A stretch of DNA of 64,000 nt, taken from positions 2,281,659-2,345,658 of the forward strand of contig OZ316895.1 in NCBI GenBank assembly GCA_973895155.1. The letters are read 5' to 3'. Within the stretch, counting starts at the first letter, position 1. The number at the start of each line of letters is the position of its first letter. A program made the position numbers and the translations under genes. Under the pieces are notes generated by a model. It ran no database searches. It was not told where the DNA came from and worked only from the letters and a program-made list of their open reading frames with translations. Of the stretch, positions 13,401-26,000 are shown piece after piece. This DNA comes from Marsupella aquatica. Taxonomy: Eukaryota > Plantae > Marchantiophyta.

Positions 13401-14373
13401 TCCATCCTCGCTTTAAGGTCTCAAAACATTGCTCTGTCACATTAAATGTAAATTTGTAGGACAGTGTGTCCACTGAACCTTTGTATATGTGAACGGTGAG
13501 TGCGGTGTGTATATGTGAACGGTCAGTGTGGTATGTGAGAATGAACACAAATTACACCGAAATTGGCCGCAATGTGCTCTAGTATTGCTGGCTGACAAAA
13601 TTATAGAATGATATAATTCAATGTCCGAAGACTGCTAGCAAAAAATAGTTCCACCTGGGGTTTATATTCATTCAACAAACGGTACATTGAACAAGTCCAT
13701 TAAATCTATTGCCTACAATAGCTTTTACCACTCAAATGGTTCTTGTCAATGAGTATTATAATGACACAATGGTTCTTGTCATTGAGGATTATAATGATGT
13801 TGACATCATTTGGCACCACACTCGTTCAGTACTTGCAAAACTCATCCTCAATTTTTCTGTCATTATAAGTAGAGTTTTGGACTGATTTCTATGCTGGGAA
13901 AGGTCCTAAGATATCGTCAATCTTGTGGGCCGGAATAAGTGTTTATTTGAATGCAATGAATTAGTTGGGTATAACAAACTTGTGTGTAGAACGAGAACAT
14001 ACCAAGGTGCGTAGGCAAACAGAATCCATTTAAGGAACGGGTTCGTTTACTAATGCCAACCATTCCTGATGGCGCGATATCAGAACGATATTTGACGCGA
14101 TTAGGGTCGGCTCATGTTAAGACGAATGCTGACAAATTTTTTGTATCATCCACTCGATCATCCACCAATTCCACATTCAGTTTCAATAAAATAAATGCAC
14201 ACTGAAACTTCAACGAGCATAGCACTTCACCAAAAGATTACCATCGAGTCAACGCCATATCAGCTGCGATAAAACTACGCAAGTAGTTACAGCTAGAGAC
14301 GGACTGGAACAGTTCTAAGAAGCAAAGATTCCGTAACATTAATTTCAAACATCCATGCTCTTTATTGAGACTT

Positions 14374-14580
14374 TTCGCCTTCTGTACATAGCTATACAAT
14401 CTCCTTCCCACCAGTCTGTAACCTGGCTTAATAACAGTAAGCACGATCTTGATTCAGTCACAATCTGGACTCCCTTCGATCACAATGTACGAACATTCAC
14501 AGTCGTAAACTTCTCGCCTTCTGTACAGAAGCTATACAATCTCCTTCTCACCAGTCTCTAACCTGGCTTCATTTACAGTA
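14374..14580. repeat. ~65-bp direct duplication downstream of the ASR gene
   Basis: TCGCCTTCTGTACA.A.GCTATACAATCTCCTTC.CACCAGTCT.TAACCTGGCTT occurs at about 14375 and about 14514. Confidence 0.8.
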
Positions 14581-14720
14581 GTCAACACTGGATTGCCGGG
14601 GATTCAGCCAAATGATGATTCACACCACTTGACTAAACGACTCCCTCACAACGTACAATGTTGTATTGTTATACACTACTCACTCACGCATTAAGCATCG
14701 ACAGGAATGGATTTTCCCGT

Positions 14721-15974
14721 TCAACTGAACCATCCGTGTTTCTTCTTCTCTCCCGACTGATCTTCAATCTGCTCCTCCTCATTCTTCTTCTCGTGGCGTT
14801 CATAGAGTGCACCTCCCTCGCCGGCAAGAGCTCCCCCGCCTGCGATTTCTTCCTCCAATTTGTGTCTCCCTGCATTTTCCGGATCCGCCTTTCTTTCGTG
14901 GTCCTCATACTGCCGATCACCAAAAACCACGTCAAATGCAACTCGTCAGACATGGGCATTATCCATGGTTTAGAGTCGGAAATGTACGTCAAAAAGTATA
15001 CAGAAACGTACATACAATCCTGGCCTAGTGACATACGAAAAGTTCACTGAACCTTTTTGTCCCAAAAGACGATACAGAGAAACCGTTGATCAATTGAGGT
15101 AGATGACAGATCCAGAGGTTAGCGCCTCTCTCATCGACATGACGCTAGTCTCGACCAAACTCAAAAAATAGCTTTACCACACAAGGGTTGTGTAATCATT
15201 TTGATGTTAAACGCAGACTGGAGCCTCAAATCGGAATGAAAGAATAATTCATCTACCATCGAATCCATGCTATCCACTCCAATGCACTCAAGGATGCACA
15301 TTCATGAATTGACGCCAACATGCTTCCACTTCATCCATAAGGTAGACTTGCTTGTCGACGCAAGAACGATAATTATAAAACAGGATTGACGTACGACTCA
15401 TCCCCAACGCTACGAAATTGACGCAAAGCGTAAAGCACAGCTTCGATCATCGCATCGAACACGGTCGACTACAGCACAGGTAAGACAGCTCATCTCGGGC
15501 AAACACGAAGCGATCATGATAGATAATAAGTGAGATGTAGTAGGCACTTACAGCGGCAAAGCCAGCAGCTGCAGCGCCGCCGAATCCGCCTTCCTCCTCC
15601 CGTCTTTTATCCTTTTTCTCTTGTGCTTCTTCTTGCGAAATGTTGCTGTTGTAGGAGTCAGACTGCACACCTGAGCTCCCGTATTCACCTTGGCCTTTGG
15701 CATAGCCGCCTTGATCAGCTCCGTATCCCCCTTGGGCAGCTCCGTAGCCGCCTTGGTCAGCCCCGTAGCTGCCTTGGTCGCTCTGGAAGCCTCCTCCCTG
15801 GGGTACCCTGTCTCCATAGCCTCCTCCTTGATTCAAATTGTCTCCGTAGCCACCTCCTCCTTGATTCAAATTGTCTCCGTAGCCAGCACCCTCACCCTGA
15901 TTACGTCCATAGCCTCCCTGGGCACTCTGGTAGTCGTCTCCCAGAGGCTGCTCCTGACGCCCGTACTCCGACAT
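14721..15974 (-). CDS. ASR: ASR (ABA/WDS-induced, abscisic acid-stress-ripening) protein with Gly-rich N-terminal repeats; exons 15974-15552 and 14909-14721, 203 aa
   Basis: The spliced product ...GGAAAAGFAA|YEDHERKADPENAGRHKLEEEIAGGGALAGEGGALYERHEKK...KKHGWFS follows the ABA/WDS consensus pattern. Phase-0 GTAAGT...CAG intron. Confidence 0.88.
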
Positions 15975-16104
15975 GATTCTGAGATGCTAAGTAGCGAAAC
16001 TCTCTCGATGAAATGCTCTCTGCTCGATCAATGCGCTGTGAATTGCAAGACTGGTGAAGGGTAACTTGAATTGCTACAACCTGCATTTACAACCCGGAGC
16101 TCCA

Positions 16105-16120
16105 CGGCATTTATACATTG
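16105..16120 (-). promoter_or_regulatory. Probable TATA box of the ASR gene
   Basis: Minus strand TGTATAAATG about 140 bp upstream of the ATG. Confidence 0.5.
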
Positions 16121-16730
16121 CGTACAGGTCCCAAAGCGAGGCTCTGATCATTACACCGAGCCCACCACAATTATAATCAATCCAAAAAGCATTTGCAAAA
16201 ATATACACTCATTCTGAACGACACTTTTCGTCTACACTGTAATTATGTTGCAATTCTTCGCAGCGAAGTCAGGCAGACAGTCCAATCCGGAGTCCAATGG
16301 ATCAAAGGCCGGACATTACGCGCAGGGCGCAAGCAGGCCGTGAGAGAATCGACTCAAAATAGAGGGACGGTAGGTGTCTGGGTGGATGTGAGATGAGCAG
16401 GATCCTACTCAGATTCGCCACTGATCTGTTCATCGAAAGTTCTCAAGACGGGAGCACTGCATCATGCATGCAGGGAACGCTTTACGTCGTCTGGAGATGA
16501 TTGGGTCCGCGTTGCGAGAGCACGGATACAGGATTTACGGATGCGAATATGTCTTCGACTGCAATTTTGCAATCAATATCTCTCCAGAAACACGACAGCT
16601 CCCGTTTCGCAGTGGTTCGGACCGTGCTTGACCTGTTTACGCCGCCGAAGGTCGTAAAGTTTGGGGATATGAGAGAATCGCACTCGTTCGCGATAAAGCC
16701 CACATTCGGAACCGTAGTGGCCTCCCTCGG

Positions 16731-16757
16731 CCCCACGTCCACGTCCGCCACGTGGAG
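16731..16757 (-). promoter_or_regulatory. Cluster of three ABRE/G-box motifs upstream of ASR
   Basis: Minus strand CCACGTGGCGGACGTGGACGTGGGG contains three ACGTGG cores, about 770 bp upstream of an ABA-inducible gene family member. Confidence 0.6.
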
Positions 16758-19700
16758 CCGACTCAACTGCTACAAATCATCACTGCCCATGTGGGAAACG
16801 AACCACGCAAGCAAAACACCGACCACTTCCTCACCACGGTTACGGCAACGTGTTGTGGGTCTGGTTACCGCTTCCCAGTCTGATTTTTAACCTGGTGTTT
16901 TGTTTTCAGTGAATGTTGTAGTGCACCAATATATGTTTATTGAAGACTCTTCAGTGCTGTAATTTGAGGAAACACAACCCGGAGGGCCAAGGCTGTTAGT
17001 TGTAGGGCTTCTAGCCAAATTTCTCGTTGTGACCCTCCTATGGTTTAATTAATCAGGAACTTTGACAATCTTTTCAGTTTGCTGCTCAGGGTTTTTAGTT
17101 TCATTTGTTACTTAGTGGCCGGGGTTTTAGTACCTGTTTTAGTACCTTTTGACATTGTTGCAGGCTCTCTGGCTAATTTGGCACTTTGGCCTTTGATCTT
17201 GGGGTTTACCTTTTTCTCTCCCCTCTTTTTAGATTTGTTGCCTTTGGGATGTGTCGCCTGGTCTGGCACTTTTTGTTCATTGGCAGTGTGATATATATAC
17301 CCCAAAGGAGAAACAAATTGGCCGATGGAATTAACCATATAGAGTCAACACCTGGACGTAAAAAAGGAGCGGTTCCATGGGCACACTTTGTAACTGCATC
17401 AAGTACAAATAGCCCCTCAACAAAATCCTCAGACCAATGCAGCTCAAGATATCAGTATGATCAATTCTATTGGTTGAGTTCCCAGAGTGCTACATTATAT
17501 GAGAATTAGTCATTTGATTAGCTCTTATGTCACTATGATTAGCTGGCCACCTTCTGCCTGCAGTTGTGTCACCAGGTTCAAGCTCAGGGTTGAATTTTGA
17601 ATACTAATACCAAGAAACTCCAGGATCAGGCACTCTGCCCTACACTCTGCAATCATTAATTTATCAACTTTCACTTGCCTGTCCCCCAAACTACCTGATA
17701 TTACTAGTGTGCCCCCCAAACACAATTATTTATCAACTCTTCCCCCATTTCGTATTTGGGTCAGTATTAACTCGTATACGGGTCCCCGTTGCCATCGTGC
17801 AGCAAGTACTATCGGCTAGCCTTATCCCGCCGCCATCCCCCCCCCCCCCCTCGGCTACAGCATATCAGTGTATTGGTTTAACCCAAATGATCGATGCTAT
17901 AGTGTTTTACAGTTTAATATAAGGTGCATTGATGGAGGTGCTCTAAGAATAGGGATTAGTGATAATCTAGAATATACTTTATATGGATTATCACTAAGTC
18001 TTATCCTGTGATACCCTAAAATTACCTAAATTTAGTTTGTCAATCGATTGGTAGAGGCATTACTTGATTGCAATACCCCGTTCAATACCTGCAATCAAAC
18101 ATTCAAAGACAACCTTGTAGAGTAAGTACTAGCTAGGCTAGAAGGTGAGCTCAATACAAGTGTTATCTAACTAACTAAGGGAGGCTTCATTATTTTGTTG
18201 AGGAAAACAATGTGTCATGCCAGGCATGGGTTATGAGTTCATTTAGGTGATTTCTATTCTGTTCTAGTACATATATATCTAATAATTATATAGAAACCAT
18301 TTTCTTATAACCTCAATGTATATTTGAGCGTCCCCTGTCTTTAAAATGAGGACTTTTGTAGGTGTTTAATTGCATGCATGCCCCATCATAAGGTCTTAGG
18401 GGGTTTTATAAGAACTTGGGCACATCGTCACTGCAAACATGAGTCATCGCATGCACCAAAGTTAAATGGCCTGGGCCAAAATGTGTCAGGTCTGCTAAGA
18501 AGATAAATGCAAGATCCTGAATAGAAACGGGAATAGAAATTGACCAAGCCATCCAATCTTTAGACCACCTCAAGAGGTAGTCTAAGTTTTGATGAAAAAG
18601 CATGGCTACATCAGCAAAAAGGGTACTCACAAGGGGCCCACTTCTAGCAGGTGCCTAGGATAAGTAATTGTTTGGCCAGATTGTACCCCCCAGTTCATGT
18701 AAAGTAGTAGAAAATATAAGTAAAAACCAGTTTACCTCTCAAAGACCACTATTTTTTACCCTGGTTTAAATTTATGTCAAAACAACGTTATGCAGAAATA
18801 TAATTGCCTAAAAATGTCTCATCACATATTAGAGCTATACGTAAATGTAGAGGGTGACATTCAGAAATTTGTGGTGAGTTAAGTCCAGAAATGAGTAACC
18901 ATTAAAACTACCTTCGGTGCCGTTGACTTACAAAAACTCAGCTTGGGTTTACCAATGGCTCCTTTGGATACTTGTGCTTTTGGCTTGGGGTATGTGACAC
19001 CGCCTTTGTGATCTGAGGCATGAGCATCAACTCCACCATAGCTGAGCTCCCCCTTCCCTGGGAGAGGTGTCCTGATTGCTCATTGCTCACTGTGCACAAA
19101 GGTCGACAATGTACTAAGTAAATTTCTCAGGAACTTATTAAAGTGCTGCACCTAGGGCCATAGATCACTGTGCATGAAGTCTCCGTAGCCCACTGTCCAG
19201 TGAGTCTCCATTGCAGCTCTTGATGTTGAACACAAGAAGACTGAGTGACTTGGGGTAAAGGCACTCTTGGAGGCATTTGGGCATTTTCATCCCCTGTTTG
19301 AACAGGCAGATGTTGATCTTGAGTTGGAAGCTTGACTCACCCTAAACCCGAATCAAATTGACTGAGCACTCACCCCTCTATCACATTATGGAATACTCTC
19401 TTGTGTTGTGCAATCTAGTGAACCTGTTGTGATAACTGGGTTCTAAAATGACCTTTTGACAGTGACTAGATTCATGATACTTTATGAACCGAAATTTTGT
19501 TAAAGTACATCATTTGAATCTCCAGTCTGAAGATTTTTCAACACACTATTTTCCTGTTTTTCAACTTGGCCTTTTGATATTGTTTAGGGTTTAGTATAAA
19601 GCGGGATTAGATTTGAATAAAAAAAGATTCCAATCCACCGACAGTTCATGACTCCAGATTTGATATGGAAAATCTCTAGAATATCTATTTATGGTCAATT

Positions 19701-20365
19701 GAGCACACAAGGGTGATTGAACCTTGCAACCGACATGGGCCACTCACTTTTGACCCAGAAAATGTGTATTTTTTTACAGAGGAAAAGTACTACCTGCGTA
19801 CCAAAAAGGTTTCTTCCAATCCAATGTGGCGTCTCAGGCATATTGCATTGGTCCATCCAGGCATCTCATCCAAGGATTAAGTTCATCGGGGGCTTCAGTT
19901 CCTTTCAAGAAAATGAAAGGCACTCCTTTGTGGGAACTAAAAACTGATAGTCGGTGCCCCTTATTTTATTGTGGTATGATGCGTGGTGAAAGGAGGCTGT
20001 GGGGCCAAAGAGTGGTACGCGTCTATAATTCAAGTCAAATATATTACATCCTTATTAATTAATATTAATATAGTGCTATCAAAACCGCTACTCTAAAGGA
20101 TAACTGAAAGTGCATATAGAGAACACCGATGAGAGCAAAGATGAACTGGAAGTGGTAAGTGATATGTCTTTGAGGACTGTTGTGGTGTTGGCATTATTGC
20201 GGTGTGTCTTGGCCCTTGGCTTGTTTTGTTTTGTACCCCCATAGGTGACCGCAGTGGCCATTTTAATAAATTGTCAAGGCTATTTATTTTTTAATTATAT
20301 TTTTAAAAATTGGTTATATTTTTTGTCTCTTCTCTATCTACATGCAAGGAAGGGGTAGTCAAACC

Positions 20366-20369
<4 letters not shown>

Positions 20370-20399
<30 letters not shown>
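20370..20399. repeat. (AG)n microsatellite
   Basis: About 15 AG units. Confidence 0.95.
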
Positions 20400-20401
<2 letters not shown>

Positions 20402-23009
20402 ACATTCCAAAAACAAGAAACTAAAGCCACCATGGATCTGCACGTTTCATGAGATTTCCAGATGTCTGCAAAAACTCTCTCTTTTTGGTACTTTTATAAC
20501 ATTTTCTTTGTAAACAATTCATACTTTTCTAATCACGTGATCTGGTCCATGGGGGTTGCAAGGTCCATAGGAGCGGTCCATCCAAGCATGTTTTTCCAAA
20601 ACTCGAAAAAGGGCCCAAAAGGAGCCCAAAAAAAAACTAGAATACTAATAAATTGCACCTTTTTCCCTATTTAGCTCACGGCAGAGGAGGTGTTAGTGCC
20701 GTACCTTATGACGTCAAAAGCACACCCCGGGCCATAATATGTCGTGATACAGTCATTTGGCACCGTTATCTAGCGGTGCAGGGTTAGTGGGGTACCGTCG
20801 GTCCAGATCCCAATGCAGTGCAGGGAACACCGCAGGGAAATCTCATGCGTCCGTTCTTGATTGGAGGGTTGGGGTCGGTTTGACCGTCCGATTCCTCTGG
20901 GCATGGCACTCGTCGCGCCGCGAACGGTCGGAGATCGTGTACGATCATCAGCGACGAGCCACCAGTGAACACGTCGGCATGCCAAGTCAGCTTTATCTGC
21001 ATTGTGTGGGGTTTGCATAGTGTTTGAAAGTTAGGAAGAATCGCTTACACGGATAAGAAGATTTATGTTTCTCGGCAATTACAACACTTGGAACTTATTA
21101 TCCAGGTGTTATGTTTGAAAGTGGCCACTATGATCGAAATTGAGATACTGTGATAAAAAAAAATAACCTGCATGAACCCAAGTCTCATTTCAAACACACC
21201 ATCACCCCCCAACACGAAGCCACTTCTCAAAGACCACATTGCTTCAAAATTTGAGCACAATGTCTGGTCCATCGAAAAGCAAATTTCATTTTCTTAATTC
21301 GAACACAGAGCCCCTTGGCACAGCATTGGAAAGGGCGTTGTAGTGGGTACGACTATCATAGGATTGAATATAATCACATGCCCAGTTATATAGAGAAAGG
21401 ACGTCCAAATGATGTGGGCATGGTAATTGAATCTATGCAGAAGTACATATAGGAGCTAGAAAGCTGCCCCGCCTCAACACCCTTCCTATACCCACTCGTG
21501 ATCCTTTCCTTGCACCTAATCCTCTTTTGCCCCCGCGCCCCAGTCCGATTTAATTGCATCCACACTGTCGGCTGGTATGCCCTGCCCTTGTGTTGCAAGA
21601 GCTGCTATAAATTATTTGATTGCAAGTCACAAGCAAGCGAAAGCAATTTGATGATTAAATCTTTGCCGTCGTATTTACTGGCGTGAGCATTATCTTGTAA
21701 TCTTTGACAATGATCTCCGTTCAATGAAATTATAATCCTATCATAGGCAAATCGAGATTCCATTTCAGAACATAAAATTCTAAACCACTTGCTCCGATGT
21801 GGTAGGGTTTTCTACTCTCAGGCGATCTACATTTCTTTCGGTCTGTAGAGTATCAACTCTGAAGTTTTGTTTCGCACTGGATTTTGGTCTATTCTTAGCC
21901 CACTGATGATTTCTCCCGTTATTCACAGTCAGTCATGGACTTAAAGATACTTCGCTCTACTTAAGGGAGGAGCCCTATAAATCAATCACCGGTCTTGGAT
22001 TCACAAGATTCATCCAACGCGCTCACGAACAGTAAATTAGTATACAATCACAGCGGATATAAACATCATTCAGTAGAATGCCTGATCGCTTTATCCAACC
22101 TGTACAAAATTGACAATCTTATCCGTGTTGGTACCAATCTCTGGTGATATATCTAAGATGTCTAAAACAACGCCGCTAAGTTCTCTGGACCTTTACAAGT
22201 GAGCCAACGCCACATCTGACGAATCTTATGTCGCAATTTCAACAAGGTCATTTGTAAAACCATCAATTCGTCGGTCCTAGTTTCAATGCCCATTCGTCCA
22301 TTAACTAAACGAGGTGAAGATTCGGTGCCTCTGACTGCAACAATCGACAGGTACAAATCTTCGTCAGAACACTGGACTGGACTCTAGTCGTAAAATTATG
22401 GAGCTACCATTGAAACCCCTCAAGTGCATATGATTCTCCAACATCACCGCGCAATTTGGAGGTAGCAGTGTTCCATCCGAGTTAGATTCAGACATCATAT
22501 TTCTCAATACACATAGTCGACCACGATTATTTTTAACTCAGCTGTAGATATCATCCACCTGTGCTAATTTTACCTGAAATGAGTTGAGAATACATGTATC
22601 AGAATCTTTGCAATTAACAGCTGATATTCATGCATGTTCGGGCTCACACTGTCAACGATGTCAACTAAACCTCAAAATGAGTGCTGGTTCTATCTCCATT
22701 ACTTAGATCTCCAGTCGTGAAATCTCAATTAAGTTGTCATATTTCAATGTCAAGACATCTTTTACGTTGCAGAAACTCATCAGGGCGTAGAATGTCTCGG
22801 GAGAATTGAAATTCGACCGACTAATATTCCTCACCAAGAAGCAAATTCTAATGAACATCTGAAATTCCTACTAATACCTTTCATGGTCTGTACATTTGAT
22901 AGCCTCTGTTAAATCATTACCAAAGCTCCACGCCCTTTAAAATAACAATCCAGTTCACGATTCTGACGCTTGGTTCATCTTGGTTCCCGACTAACATTAT
23001 TTACCATCA

Positions 23010-26000
23010 TCAGGAGCTATTCTCAGCAAGTTGTGATCTTCGCACACCCCAAAAAGCTTTAGGTTCCATGCCCTTTTTGACTGCAATAAAACGCCAACCC
23101 ATATGGAGTTCACAATAACTGCAATGCGCGATTGTCCAAGCGTAGCTACAATCACAAACAATAAATATCAGCGCGAGCCGATTATAAGACCATTTTTCAA
23201 AGGTTGTGCAAGTTATTGCAAAGGGAGAGACAATACAGGTGTCTTGTATCTCTAGATTCACGCTGCTCTTACCTTTCCACCATCAAATGAATTGTCCACA
23301 AAATTAAAGCTGCTGATGGAAAAACAGGTGGCTGTCCACAGTTCTATATCTGGTCTTCATCCAAATAACGCATAATGAATGGAAGTCAACGTAGCAGCAA
23401 TGACAATCTTGACCTTAACATTTATATTCTCGGAGAACCTCCTTTTGAGGACTGAAACTCAAAGTAGAACCGATGGAAACTTTTGCCCTTCAAATTTAGC
23501 AAATTCTTGGAGAACCTTTGGACAATAAAGCAAGCGCGCATACCCTGGAAACCAACTGTTGGCGGTCTCTGCGTGACCTCTCAAGACCAGAGAAGCTCGG
23601 GAGAGTGTAAGCGTCTCATGCACATAGCCATGGGCATTTACATAAGCACTGATAGGTCCATCTTCTGACATAACTAGCATGTTACTTCTCCTTGCAATAA
23701 CTGCCTGCACAGTTCAAAGAAACAAAACTGGTATTAACGTGAATGATTCAGTTTAACCAATATTCAGACCCATTGGTAAGCAACCACATCTTCTTTCTGG
23801 AGATTCCACTCACAAGCAAGCAACAGTTGGGCTGCAAATTCCTCTGAATACATGTATCCCGCTCATAGCAGGGTCCAGGACATCACTTCATGGAACTTTA
23901 AAGTACTATTCTTCTGACCAGGATCACAATTCAATACTCTTGCGACCAGTCCAACTTATCCCCTAAAGTGAAACTATCGCTGGGAATTCTCAAAATATTT
24001 TCAAGACACATCGCAATCTTCCGACAGTCCTAAATAACCACTTCGGCGATGCAACTGGAGACATTTCGGCCAAAGAACTTCTTCAGTCTGGCAACAATGT
24101 TGCAGTAAAATAGCTCGTCCACACAGTCCTGCCTACGCCAAGAACGATTGAAGAAGCTATGACTCTATTGCTCGAAAACAAATTCATTTTTCGGAATATG
24201 GAATAAGTATACAAGAGCTGGTACCTACTAAGAACGAGATTTTCAACAAAACTGAGTATAGTGAAAATACCCCACCGAGCAAGTTTTGCAGCGAAGTCGG
24301 TCCATTGACTCCAGTAACTGTATTTCTCTTCTGAGTCGATGCACTACACCATCGATCTCGAGAAGCTCCTGCCTGGTGGAGTCTTGGAGGGGCATGTTAC
24401 TTGCAATGTAGAATGAGAGTGCTGCTGGGCTGCGCACCATGTCCTCCATTCTTGGAAGTTCAGCCATCTGTCTTAACATGTCTGAGCAACCCAACAAACC
24501 CAATAGGTGAAGAGCACTCAAGAGAACCTGGCGTCAAATCTTGTGTACACTAGCAACAGAAGCGTTTGTAAACACTCTCCCAGGCTTAGAACAACTATCT
24601 GATGTTGTTGCAGAGATGTCTTCGACATTCCAAGATAAAGCATCTTGAGGCAAATCCCCCCCAACATTACGAGCAAAAAAGAAAGTACATTTGCATGTTT
24701 GAGTACATCTTGACAATTACGTTCCGGCATGTTGTACATTTTAAACATGAAAGCCTCTTCGATAAACTTGACGAACCATGGTCCGGCTTTGTTAAAAAGT
24801 AGAACGATTCGTTGCTAATAAATCTTATCCTCGATAACTCTACGTTGTTAGTAAGGCAGAACGGCGATTTCCTCTATCTGAGTGATGATAATTTAGCTGA
24901 AAATTCAACAACGCAAATTCTCACCTGCTGCCCTACGTGCCAGGTCGTATGCATCATACATTCTGTACACCCAATGAGGCCAAGTTGATAGTTGAGCCCT
25001 GTGCATCCACTTGCTTTCATCTGCAGCCCAGGCCTTGCATGCCCCACCCCATCCGCTATCAAGTCTGAGCCTTTTACTAGGTCTAGCCAACCCATTCCCT
25101 GTAGTTGAAGCATCCGCTTGATTTGTTACTTCTGCACTGCTCTCAGCCTCTGGCTCTGTTCTCTCCTCTTGCCTAGGCCTTGGGGCAGAATTTCTTCCAT
25201 CACTCCTACGTAGGCGAAACCACCGTCGCCATCTCTCCTCTTCTTCGCTACTCTCCTCGTCTCCAGTCCCGAGCTCTTCTAATCTCAAAAGCTGTTCATT
25301 ACCACTAAACAATTGACCAAATGTTCCAACCACTCGATCTTCTTGGGCAGAATCTGAATCTTCGTCATCGAAATAGTCGCCCTCACTGCTGACTTGCTGC
25401 AACGGTTCGTCCTCACTGGCATCCTGAGTATTTATAGAAGCCCGAGGTACTCTTCCACCTTGTAAATGAGGAACACATGCTAAGGTGCCAAAAGCACTTC
25501 TTGGTATGTGAAGCGGTGCATCTTCTTCAATTATTTGAACTTGTGCACAAGGCTGAAATCACCAGACAACCACCCAATAGTTTTCAACAGTCAGCCTGCA
25601 GCAAACACAAGCATTTGGCTCCAAAAACAGGCACCACTGCTTTATGACATTTTATCATAATATCAGGACGATGATGACAATTTTAGTTGCTCCGCCAGTT
25701 AAAACGTACAATAACATGATCGATTTGATCAGATACGAAAGCAGGCTTCTTCCCTCAGAAAAAGTTATAACTATCGCAACCTCACCAACAAGCACTAAGG
25801 AAGGTCACGATTCTTACGGCACCATCTGATTCAGTCCAAGCCTTTCGGATGCGAAAGCGCTGGCGCCCACGGGTTACCACATTCATTGATCCATCATTTA
25901 AGCGCCGCAATTGACGAATCTGCGAAGTCATCTCCTGTTATAATTAGTACTCGCACCTGGACAAATGGTTATTTATGGTATGGACATTGGTGCCGTCAGC

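Noticed and set aside
17000-19500. Coding-like fragments, possibly a transposon relic
   Set aside because: Many stops, and no recognisable motif or termini.
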